Shown one piece after another: positions 13,649-24,853 of a stretch of DNA of 64,000 nt. This DNA is from Bilabrum cf. latius (taxonomy: Eukaryota), in assembly GCA_965178125.1 (NCBI GenBank), contig OZ237759.1, positions 248,001 through 312,000 on the forward strand. Direction: 5' to 3'. A program made the position numbers and the translations under genes. The notes under the pieces are model-generated. The model worked only from the letters and a program-made list of their open reading frames with translations, had not been told where the DNA came from and did no database searches. Numbering within the stretch: the stretch's first letter is position 1; each line of letters opens with the position of its first letter.

Positions 13649-13668
13649 TAATGTTACCCACGTCAACT

Positions 13669-14185
13669 CCGAGAGGGAGATCCAATGCAACATAAAGAAG
13701 GATGAATCCGGCTTCCACTGGGCAGAGCAGCTGCGCAGTCACCGCCACAATGTGTCCCGCGACGCAAAGCAGCCCGCACGCCGCGATCCCTGCTCCCAGT
13801 GGGATGGACTGCCTCAGCCTCCTCTCCGTCCTGGCCAGTTCCCAGCCGGACCGCAGCACTTGCTCTCCTGCGACGGCAGACCCACTGCCAGTGCCATCGC
13901 TAGCGCCCACCTCATCTCTTTCGAGCAGTCCAGCCCAGGCCGCATCCATCGCTGGGTGCTGCAGCACGGCGGGCCCCGCCACCACCACGAGCACGCCGGG
14001 CAGTGCACCCAGCGCGATGGTGGCGGCCCCAATGCACAGCAAAGACGCAGGCAGCAGGCGAATGGAGCCCAGCCACCGTGGCAAGAAAGCCAGCCTAGTG
14101 ACACGCGAGCAGGGGTGCACGTACGCCTGCAGAGCCCGCCCAAGCAGCCCCCAGAGAGCCGCCAGGGCCGTCCACTTGGCCCTCT
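13669..14185 (-). pseudogene. Duplicated 3' fragment of the membrane-protein gene (shortened copy of segment R)
   Basis: Matches about 8730-9295 and the corresponding part of 18390-19490, with an internal deletion removing the native stop region. Confidence 0.8.
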
Positions 14186-14711
14186 ATGTAGTACTGCTGC
14201 CATATTGCTTATTGGGAGGGGGTGGGCGGTCGCCAGCACCCGTGATTGCGACCCCCTCATCAGGGCCGTCCACCGTGACCCCCCTTGCGGGGGTCTGGAC
14301 AGTGCGCCTGAGTGCATCACTTCTTGCTTTTGCCGATGAACAGGGAATTAATATCGCCATCAAGACGACTCACTCGCAGTCTTTATCGACGTGTACATAT
14401 CAGGCAGCTTGCCGGATCATTTACAGCCGTGATAAAGGCCAAAAGCAAGATTCCATGTGTGAGAGCCACTCAGTGCCATTGCTCGTTTGGTTCGTGCATG
14501 ATGCCTACGAAAGCAGCGGCAATTTGCTGCACGAATATGTAGTTGTATCTGCATTTTGCTACTCTGCTTGACACAGGGCGGTATTCAACGGACAGACTTG
14601 TCGCGAGGTTTTTGGGTACGGTCTGCGGTTCATCATTCTCGGATTGGCAAAGGGCTGCGAGTGGCAACGCCTCGAATGTACTAGTAGTGCATACCCATAC
14701 ATTGGCACGAT

Positions 14712-17700
14712 ATGATCGTATCAATCCCAGGTCAGTCCCTGATACAAGCAAGGCTCCATTCAAGGGTACCAGCTAGCCATATTGATTTCCCTACCTTGCT
14801 ACACGTTTGGGAACGTAAGATGAACGCCACTGTGATCATATCCACATGGGAACAACTGCCGATGAGGGATGTCCCGCTCAGTGCGGTGAGTGAGCGCGCT
14901 CGAGCAATCCAGCGTGTGCAGACAGATGCGATGATCATAGCTAATGCTGTGAATGATGAGAAAGTAAAGGCAGCAAACTTGGAAGGCTTGCCATCATCTA
15001 AAGTCGGCGATGAGCTCGGACTTCCTGTTGTTCAAGCCGAGCTTGCGAAGAACCTGCACGAGGTGGGGCTCCTCTCGAAGCTCAAACTCGATGGAGTGTT
15101 AGGGTACCTCAGGAGTGACGATGCCAAGGCGGACGCGGCCAGCTTTTCTGATTATCATGTTCAGCTGTAGAAGGGAATACTAATCCTGTAGGAGGAAGAG
15201 AGAAAGCGCAAAGAGAGGAAGGATGAGGAGCTAGAGCTGCAGGGCTTGCCCCACTCTGACTATCTCCACAAGGGCGAGAAGGTGAGGGTACCAATGGTGG
15301 GGTAGTTCGTTGGAATGCTCAGCAGGCTTGCGAAGGCGAATGGATTTGAGATTCCGCCGCCGTTTGAGGGTGACACGCTGCTCCAGGCAGTCAAAGGGCG
15401 CATATAGCGAGAAATTCGCGCCCCTTATGGAGCGATGGCCGATGCTGTGCGGGCCTGTCTTCGGTTGATTGGGGACGCATTCGTACACGTGCACGCAACA
15501 GCTGATTCTAGGCCAAGCCTAGACACGATATCCACTGTCATGATTTTGCCCATCGTGGACTCGGGGTTCAGCACGCAGAGGGAAAGGCTCCTGCAGCGAC
15601 TGCTTGCCGAGGCATTTCGGCCGAGGATGAACGTGATCCGTGGAGGGGTCGTGCTTGGGTACCGCGGCTTTGGGAAGTCACAGCTGGTGCGTCAGCTTGT
15701 ATTCGGCAAGCAGTTGTTGCAGTGGTCCATCGGCAAGCGCAGGTTATACGATGCCTGCCGCCACGTTGGCATGTATGTTGACAACCCGAACAAGCTGGGC
15801 AAGCCGCTTCAAATGGGCTGCCCCCCTGCTCTGCTGGCTGCTGGCCTGTGCAACGCGGGAGCGATGCAAAGTGCTACTGCACCAGCCTGGACGAAGTCAA
15901 TCCAAGACGGGTTTGACCCGGCGAATGTAGCAGAATGGGTCGATGACAACTAGGTGAATGCCATGCTGGTAATCGACGAGGCCTAGCAAGCACTCTCGGA
16001 TCCGTCGCCTAAGGCATCGACTGAGGTATCGATCGCGCGCTCGAAGGTATTCTGGGACTCTCTTGATGACTGCTGTTAGAACCCGAAATTCCCGATGATT
16101 GTCATTACTGGAACGGGATCTGAAGTGGCCCACTTGGTGTATACGCGACCTCGAGAGAACTACTTCGAGATGCAGAAGGACAAGTTCCACATGTACTGGC
16201 TCGACTACGAGTACTCTGAGGTGGAGATCTGCCTCATGCTGACTCGGCAAGGTACAATCAGCGCATTTCCGAGTAGCGGCGTGCCGTGGATCCCGGCATA
16301 CTCTTCTGAAGACAAGCCGCTCAATATTGAGTCATTGACGGAAGATGTGGACAAGATTCTGCCAGAAGACGTGACTCTGGCCCTCGCTTTGGCTGTTGCG
16401 CGAGCTTCAGGGTGCGATCCTGCGTCACATTTGATGTCAAACAGTGCAAAGCCGGTGGACAGCCACTGGATTGAGTCGGGACAGGTGGTGCATCCCAGCA
16501 TCGAGCACGTCGTTCAAGGCATCCAGGCCGACGCTTTGGGGGATGTCGGAGCCTGGCACAAGACCAAAGCCAGACCGGGACGACTTACCTTGCAGGCTGC
16601 CACGGAGGCGCTGAAAGATGAGCGAGTGCTGCGTGCATCTTATGCGTCTAGATCCAAGATCCTGCGGCGAGTTTGGCAGACTGGTATGACAGCCCGTAGC
16701 CTCGTTGGCATCAATACGGAGGAACGAGATACGAACACGAAGCTGCAGGAATGGCATGATGCCATGAATAGTGACGACGACTGCTTCCAGCAGATCATGC
16801 TTGCGCTCCTGGATTGCATGGGCGAGGATAACCCGAACTGGCAGCTTGATGCGCTCACCGACCCTCTGAAGCCGCCCAAACCTGTCACAGTGAAGAGGCT
16901 GCTGTTAAGGCACAGGGCGATGCATCCTGACGCTGCAGTCGAAGATGTCAAGCAGTTCGAGAAAAAGCTAAGCCGGTGGAGGCTCAAGCAGCGTGTGGCC
17001 TACCGGGCCTCGTCGGAGCGAGCTGGCATGCAAGGGGAAGAATTGCCTTCAACAGCCGGTTTCCTGAGCAGCATGTTTGCTTTTCTAGCCTTACAGTGGA
17101 GCCTGACGCGGGATTTGTTCGTGACGAGGCGAGAGTTCTGGGCGATCCACAAGCAGACGGGCGAGCTTGGAGAAGACTATGAGCTGGTGGTGGCCGAGTC
17201 TTTGCACCGCAACTTCGTGTCCAAGGTGCTGGCCAGGAAATTAATGCCGTCTGTCCCTCAGTACCTGTGGAAGGAGGAAGATGGCGCTCTAAAGGAGGAT
17301 CTTGTGACGCACGACAGGACGCAGGTGTATGAGAGCGGGAAGAACTCGATTCACCTCACTTCGACCAAGTGGGGCAAGAACCCGAGCAGGGAGGAGATGC
17401 TCGGTCGTGTGCTAAAGGAGGTGCCTGACAAGTTCGGTGGCGATCTGGTGATGATCCTTGAAGACACGTAGGAGCGCGATCCGTAGAAATACCACCTGAT
17501 TCGAGTGCAGGTCGAGGCGGGCGGCGTCGACAAGGTTCTCACGAAAAAAAGCTTGGAAAAGTTGCTGTCTCGCGAGAAGGTGCAGGCTGCGCTGGAGCTG
17601 TACGCCGGAGCCCTGGGCGTGCGACCTGAGCAGCTTGTGATGCATAGGCTGTTGGTGACTCCGAAGAAGCTGCGCCCCAACATCACTAGCCTATTTCCCA

Positions 17701-18143
17701 AACGTAGTCACGGCACTGACAGCAACACGGGTTCAGACATTGTAGACTCGAGCACCAATGAGCCTCTTCCATTGGGTGACCAAGGACGCGAAGAGTCGGG
17801 TACTGACGGTACCAACGACACGACGAACCTCTACTACCTCGACCACGAGGACTACAACGAGTTCCTATTCGCAGATGCGCGGCTGCTCTCCTCGAGGATC
17901 TGGGCCAACTCTGCGAGTGACCTCAAGGAGCGGTAGCTACGAGAGGAGAAGGTGGAGGATCTCGAAGGCGACCTTAGTGGCTTGTTGAATGACACCAATC
18001 GAAAGGTTGGGTTAGGCGAGCCTTCAAACATGGAGAAATGGACGGAGTAGTTCCCTATCAGCAGTAGGGGCCATCATGGCGACGCTGAGGGCGATTCGGA
18101 TATGGAGGATGCCCCCGAGGGAACGGAAACAGACAAGGAGTGA
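14712..18143 (+). CDS. P-loop NTPase/putative endonuclease protein, copy 2
   Basis: Near-identical to 9832-13242, with an in-frame 21-bp indel near 15171 and two additional TAGs where copy 1 has CAG. TGA at 18141-18143. Confidence 0.7.
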
Positions 18144-18389
18144 GGGGCACGTCGAGAATGTTGGTGGACACCATCTGGCACTGCGGCGGAGCGCTGCTGC
18201 GGTGGTATTGCCAGCCGCAGCCGGATGCAACGTGCGCGTAGTGGTTTGCTGTTTGTGCGCGGGTTGAACTTGGCTCAAGGGCCTGTGTCCGAGTCTACCT
18301 GTAAGTATCACGAATTCATGATTGTATCGGATCCAGGATAATTTTCTTGCGCGTAATTCCGACTCCGGATCCAGACGATGCAGGTTTCC

Positions 18390-18889
18390 AGTTTGCATCC
18401 AGTCCGGTCTGCTTGAGGTCCAGCTACCAAACCGCTCCAGTCGGCAAGCCGCTCGGCAGACGCGGATCCACGGAGGGAGTCCACTGTCCCGTTGCTTGAG
18501 ACAGGCCAGCGAGTTCTCCTGAGATCACAGCTGGTGATAGTGCATCAGCATTGCCCGCAAGGCTTGTGTCCGTTCGCACCACTACCGCCAATGAGGGTGA
18601 CAGGCCGGATGAAGCATTCGACAGGATAGCCGTGTCCTGCAGAAGGTACCGACCACCTGGAAACAGCCGAACGGCAGCTGGCATACAACCAGATGTCCTG
18701 AATGCAGAACTCCGATCCATTGCCTCTGACAAGGAGCTGCTGTGGCGTGCCAGGCCCCGTTGAGTTGCACTTCATGGCAGGCACAGTTGGAGCGACAACT
18801 ACCGAGCAATCGCCAGTGGTAGCACGAACACTTCGGCCAAAGACTAACAATGACCCAGTTACTACAGCAAGCTACTGCCACACGCGCAT
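18390..18889 (-). pseudogene. Truncated, frameshifted 5' fragment of the beta-helix gene (part of segment R copy 18390-19490)
   Basis: Matches 8195-8702, has a small deletion near 18730 that shifts the frame, and is cut off at the cassette end. Confidence 0.8.
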
Positions 18890-18964
18890 TAAAGCGATTT
18901 ATTGTGTGGCGGCTGCCCGAGAGGGAGATCCAATGCATCAAAAAGAACCGCAACACCGCGGCGA

Positions 18965-21607
18965 TCATGTCCCAGTGGTGGCTAGCTTTCGCCGTTGCTT
19001 CTTGAGGATGAATCCGGCTTCCACTGGGCAGAGCAGCTGCGCAGTCACCGCCACAATGTGTCCCGCGACGCAAAGCAACCCGCACGCCGCGATCCCCGCG
19101 CCCAGTGGGATGGACTGCCTCAGCCTCCTCTCCGTCCTGGCCAGCTCCCAGCCGGACCGCAGCACTTGCTCTCCTGCGACGGCAGACCCACTGCCAGTGC
19201 CATCGCTAGCGCCCACCTCATCTCTTTCGAGCAGTCCAGCCCAAGCCCCATCCATCGCTGGGTGCTGCAGCACGGCGGGCCCCGCCACCACCACGAGCAC
19301 GCCGGGCAGTGCACCCAGCGCGATGGTGGCGGCCCCAATGCACAGCAAAGACGCAGGCAGCAGGCGAATGGAGCCCAGCCACCGTGGCAAGAAAGCCAGC
19401 CTAGTGACACGCGAGCAGGGGTGCACGTACGCCTGCAGAGCCCGCCCAAGCAGCCCCCAGAGAGCCGCCAGGGCCATCCACTTGGCCCTCGAGGCAGCGG
19501 CCAGCAGCGGCAGGTGCCTCGCGATGGACTCGCTTGCTTCTTGCCACGCGGGCAAAAGACCCACCGACATGCGGGCGGCAAGAGCGTCCATCAGCGTGGT
19601 GTCTGTCCCGCTGCGGCTCTTGGCTAATGAGATGTCCTCGACTTGTTGATGCAGGCCCTCCGCTATACATTTCATCCTGTGTCGCCTCGCGGCAGCGCGC
19701 ACGTCGCTCGGCAGCATCACCCCCATGGCCAACAGTAGGTGCGAGGGCAAGCGGTGGGTCGGGATCCTGGGGCGTGACCCGTCCTCCATGGCTTGCTCAG
19801 AGGTCATGCTATCGCCATTCTCTTCCACGCTCCCATCGGGCCGCAGTTCTACCATGTTCAATGAGTCTTCTTCGAACTCGTCGCCAGCGCTGCCACCCTC
19901 CCACTCGCCCTCTTCGCTAGCAGTCTCCACATGCGGCACAGCACCTGCAGCACCCGCAGCACCTGCAGCAATAGACGCATAGTATCCCTGCCAGCTGCTG
20001 CCTCGGTCGGCCCTCTACCTCGCTTTCTGCCAGCACGACTCCATGGCCTGCACTGCCTCCCACACCACGATCGAGGTGGACTCCTCTGGCACGTAGCCCC
20101 TTCGCCCACCTCGACCACGCTCGGATTCACCACCCCGACCTTCTTCTGCTGTTTGATACCGCAAGGGAGGGTCTACGAAGGCCTCAAGGTCGGCTGTCTC
20201 AGCAACATTCACCCCTCTGTCTCCCAGCACAGCGGCGGTGGCAGCCACGGCCCGGGCCCCCTCCCAGTGCCTCCACCCCTGCCTTGCTGACACATCCAGA
20301 ATAGACCACTGCGTCGCTGTCTCCACCACGTCAGCGATGCCTGCAACGAAGGCTAGAAACACCAAGATGGAGACCCACGACCGGCTTCCAAGCTCGGGCC
20401 CGCAGCCGCACCGGACCGACGCGCTGCCGTCTGCCCCCGCATCCGCGCCGGCGATGCCCGTCCCCTCAGGCGATGCACCCAAGCCGCTGTTTTCATTGGG
20501 AGACAGGTCGCTGCAGCACTTGCAAAGGACTGCACCAAGTGCAGGAGGTAACTCAAAGCAGCGCTCTTTTCTCCGCCATGACGAATCGTCCCGAAGCCAC
20601 TCGCGGGCAGCGAACGTTCTGTACGGCAGCACCCGGCTGCTTGCCGCAGACGTTCTTGGGCTTGCGCTTGCGGGCGGCGTGCCATTGGAGGCAGCTCCTT
20701 CGTCTTTCGGCGAAGATTTCTCCTTGTCGCTGCCTGCATCATTTTCATCCCCATCGCCCAGCCCCACCGCGTCAGCATCGCCCACTGGCAGTTGTGGGCC
20801 ATCTTGCCGCTCGTCATCTCCAGACGAATCGGAGCTGCTGGCAGACCCAGAGCCTCGACTATGTTGCGTGGTTGCTCCACACTCTTTACTGCCACTGTTA
20901 CGACGCTTAACGTGATTTTGGACCTTCAATTCCCACCGGTGGGCCCACCCAACGTCGGCAGCGGCGTGGAGCTGCCCAAGCAGTGCTGCTGCCAGCACGT
21001 GCAGTGCCGTGTATGACGCGATTAAGATGAAGTCGGCAACTTGAGTCTACCTCGATGCAAGCCGAACGATGGCTGCTCGTGCTGTCGCATTCAAACCTGC
21101 AAACGCAGTCACATTGGATGGCGGCGGCTGGTACCACCTGCCTCCCGCTAGCTAGGGCTGCCGCACCCGCCGGCTCAAATCCGATTCAAGGGACAGCTGT
21201 GGCTTAAATGCAGGGTCAGATAGAATCTTAACGTAACGCTCACGCGTTGCATCTTGCAACGTTGCAGTCGTTGCTGATGCAGGCACCGCAATGCTGTCCT
21301 CTCCAATGGCTGCATACACGTCAACTTCAGACGTAGCAAGCTGAAGAGTGAGATCTGCAGGCGCCTGACGGGCCATTTCAAATGAGTTGGTTGCAGCCCC
21401 AGCCTATTGAATCCTGTAGGCTGCAAACACGAGAAGGCCGCAGCATATACTGCCGATCATTGCTATTTTTGAAATTCCTCTAAATCGATTTCCATACACA
21501 CCCATCTCAATAGCCGGATCCCAAAGCGGCTCAAGAAGAAGCTATTTCTTATTCGGACTGCTCATCGCGCTGTTGCGCTGGGGCCTGCCTGCCCTCGGAA
21601 GAGACAT
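18965..21607 (-). CDS. Hypothetical multi-pass membrane protein, about 880 aa
   Basis: ORFs 18965, 20015 and 21152 share one frame linked by TAG. ATG at 21607 (or 21565), several hydrophobic segments, TGA stop. Confidence 0.65.
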
Positions 21608-21659
21608 GATTCCTGCCTGGCGGGTTCCGGGTTTTCCCCGGTTGCAACCACTCTATGCA

Positions 21660-21830
21660 TTTTTGTCCCGCGAACTTCAGGAATGTCGTGAACGCGGAGC
21701 ATGCAGTGGTTAAGGTTTCTCAGTAGAGTGCTGACACCAGGCCTGCGAAACGTGCGCGAAATGACTGATTAGGGCGGGGGGTTTGCAAGAGGTCCTTTGT
21801 AGCGTGTTGAACTTTCAAGAAGAAGATTAA
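21660..21830 (+). mobile_element. Short interspersed element, copy 2
   Basis: Same 163-bp core as copy 1, in the opposite orientation. Flanked by a 14-bp direct repeat aaccactctatgca (21646-21659 and 21831-21844). Confidence 0.72.
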
Positions 21831-22328
21831 AACCACTCTATGCACGTACAACAAATGGAGGTGGATCTATCCACCGGGACACACACTAGTGGCTAATTGG
21901 TGACAGGCCCAAGCCGGCGATCGAACTGCCTCCGGGGGGGAGATCCCGGCTGCATGTCTGCCAAGCTGTTGCGGGAGTCGGCGTGTGTCTGCACCCGACT
22001 GGGTGGGTGGGGTTTGTCGGGTTGTCCGACCTTAGAGCGGTGCCTACTACGGTAGGAGACGCAGGTATGGACCCCGTGCGGTCGTGTACTGCGCGCTCCG
22101 GAAAACCGCGCGTTACTTTGTGAGTAAAGCATTTGTTTCTGCCAGGGCAACCTCACTGGCAGGCTAGGTCCGGATAATGATACCTCATAATGCGTGTTGA
22201 GCAGCAAAATAGCGAAATGTGGGCCGGCTCGCTGTCTGCCTTGTAACATTTCTCGTGTGTAGGCCTCTCCCCAGCTTGAACCACGCCCAACGCAAGCAGG
22301 ACAGCAGCCCACCTGAGGGTGGCCCACC

Positions 22329-24683
22329 TCACGTGTCAGGCAGCTAGTGCAGCTTGCCCCGAGAGGCAGCATCGCCGAAGACTAGCTTGTAGAACGGCAG
22401 CCAGAGCTTCTAACCAGTCGACACTGATAGACCGGGCTATCGAAACCGGATCCTGACCTTGCCGCTCTTCCCGAATCCCCCCTCGATGGCCCCAGTGGCC
22501 ACAACGCCAGCCCCTTCACCGCGTGTCACCATGCTCGAGGCACCCCCCTCACTTGCGCCCCCAGCAGCAGCCACATCCCTGCTGCCCTCCTCCACAGCAC
22601 CTGCACCCTACTCGCCCTCGCCCCCCAGCAGCTGCACCTTGAGCCCGACAAACGGTGCCAGCTCCGTCCCTTTGCCGAAGAGCCCTCTCGCGATCACCAC
22701 GGTCGCACCCGACCGGCCGTCTCCGCCCTCTGCCACTCGATCCACTGCCCCATCCTTACCCTTCTTCCTGTAGAGGCGGACAGCTCCCAGGCTGCTCTTG
22801 CGATCCCCGGGGCCGGCAGCAGATCCACCACCGGTTGCAACCACTCCTCCCACGCCCCCCCCGCTCCATCCACCCGCCGCAGGTAACTCAGCCCTCACCG
22901 CCCCGTGGAAGGCCAGCCGGCACCCCGGAGCATGCGTGTCTCCATCCAGTCGACTTCCGATCACCGTGCTGCCCTCGGGGCACACAACGGGCGAGTCAAG
23001 CTCGAGGAGCGCCCACTGCCAGCGAGGGCTGTGCATGTGCATGGGAGCCTGAGAGGAGGGTCTTGAGGAGGGGGCTGTAGAGGGCGTTGCAGATGCAGCC
23101 GAGCCCTTGCCCTTGTCCTTGCCCTTGTCCTTGCCCTTGTCCTTGGGTCCAGTTTTTCCTCTGGATGCGCTTTTTCCCGTCTGTTTCCCTTCCTTCTGTT
23201 TGCCCCCCTGCTTCTTCTTCGTCCTCCCCCCGCTTAATGGCCCCATCAACTCGTCCTGCCACTCGAACAAGGCGCCCCAGTCATACACTAGCTCGGGCAC
23301 CTGCAGCCCATGCGATAGATCTGATGAACCCATAGCGCTGCCACCGACCCCATCCATGGAGCTGGCGGCGCCCTCGCCGAGATCCCTACCAGCACCACTT
23401 GAAGCAACATCCTCTGCCCCTTCACCCGCACCGGCCCCTTCGCCGTCTTCTAGAGCCACCGCGCTCGCCCTCTCTGCCGCAGCCAGCTCCCTGCTGCTTT
23501 CGTCCTGCCCCACCCCAGCCGCAGCCAGCTCCCCGGCACCGAAGAAAGTGGCCGTGCCCATCACCGTGGCATGCCCCACCGTCAGGTGAAACCGAGCCCC
23601 GCTCGAGCAGCTACCCTTGAAAAAGCGCACCCGCTGCACTAACGCCAGCAGCCGATCCGCCTGTCGCACCGAGCCTGGCGTTGCAACCACGGCCCGCTCC
23701 AGACCGGCGGGGTCCAGCCCGGCCACGCAGAGGCCCAGCCGATCCCCTGCCGCGGCGCCGCGCACGGGCTTGCGGAACATCTGCATGGACTTGACTTTTT
23801 TGGTTTGTTTCAGGTGCACCAACTCCACCTCATCTCCCACTGTGACCCTGCCCCTGAGCGCGGTGCCGGTCAGCACAGTCCCGTGCCCCTTGACGGCGAA
23901 GCAGTGGTCTGCTGCCATCAAAAAGGGGCCCGTGCGAGCACGGCGGGGTACTCGTATGCTAGACAAGAGAAGGGAAGACAGGGAAGATACATCTGCTAGG
24001 GGCGTTGGAGCTCCCATGTCGCCTGGGGAAGCAGCCTTGGCGGAGGCTGCTGCGGCATCAGCAGCAGCACCTGCCCCGCCTTTGCCAGCCCCGCCTGGTG
24101 CCGCAGACAGCGCGACGATCGGAGCTTCGGAAAATCGCGTGGACGACAGTATTTTCCGCACCTTTGCGCTCATCTTGGCTGTCTTCTCTTCCCGTTTGTC
24201 TTCCGGAAGAAGGTCCGTCTTGTTGAGGACGACTACCAGCTGCTCTGCTGTGATTTCGCCAATCACCAAGCACTCGGCGGTCTGCGTCTAGAATCCCTTG
24301 GTGACATCGACGACAAGAACAATCATATCGATGATCTAAGCGCCCCCTATGATTGTTCGAATCAAGCTTGCGTGCCCAGGACAGTCAACAAGGGTGAACT
24401 GCAACCGCGACGGAGGCCTCGACAGGCCCTCTGATGCTGCATACTCCACGGCCCCTGGCTTCAGACGCTCAGGAAGTTCTGTCAAGTATGATGAAAACCC
24501 CAAGTCAAGCGTGATTCCCCTTCGCTTGCTTTCAGGGTGCTTGTCTAGAGCTGCTGTTGAGAGGTGAGTGCTCAGAGCAGCAACTAGGCTTGTTTTGCCA
24601 GAATCGACGTGCCCCATCACACCGACATTCACATTAATTACATCACTTGCCTTCAATTCCTTCGCCTTGGCCGGATCGCCCAT
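22329..24683 (-). CDS. EEFSEC: Selenocysteine-specific translation elongation factor, about 784 aa with low-complexity insertions
   Basis: NVNVGVMGHVDSGKTSL, RGITLDLGFS, DCPGHASLIRTIIGGA(Q)IIDM, KGF(Q)TQTAECLVIGE, NKTD, DHCFAVKGHGTVLTGT, CRLAFHG and GGFGKSGK. TAGs at 24336 and 24288 occupy conserved Gln. TGA stop. Confidence 0.93.
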
Positions 24684-24853
24684 GGTGCTGACGGAACGAC
24701 CGAAGTGTGCAGACACGTCGCCCGGTGCCACCACACAGTGCAATGCCGCTCAGCTCTGCAGTGCCAATTGCTCCGAGTCTCGAGGTGTGGCACAAACCTG
24801 ACCGATCAGGCTTCAACCCGTCGCCATTTCTGCCCCGCCTGCCCGCCCATAAT

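Noticed and set aside
9296-18392. Cassette X as a Helitron or LTR element
   Set aside because: No Rep/helicase, reverse transcriptase or integrase motifs and no CTRR end. The flanking direct repeats are pieces of host genes, not LTRs.
6059-21832. 163-bp inverted repeats as TIRs of one 15.8-kb DNA transposon
   Set aside because: Each copy has its own distinct TSD, the outer flanks share no TSD, and no transposase lies between them. Two independent insertions fit better.
21845-22328. Possible structured ncRNA in the intergenic region after eEFSec
   Set aside because: It has GC-rich stems but no recognisable tRNA, snRNA, SRP or RNase P/MRP motif; an Rfam search would be needed.
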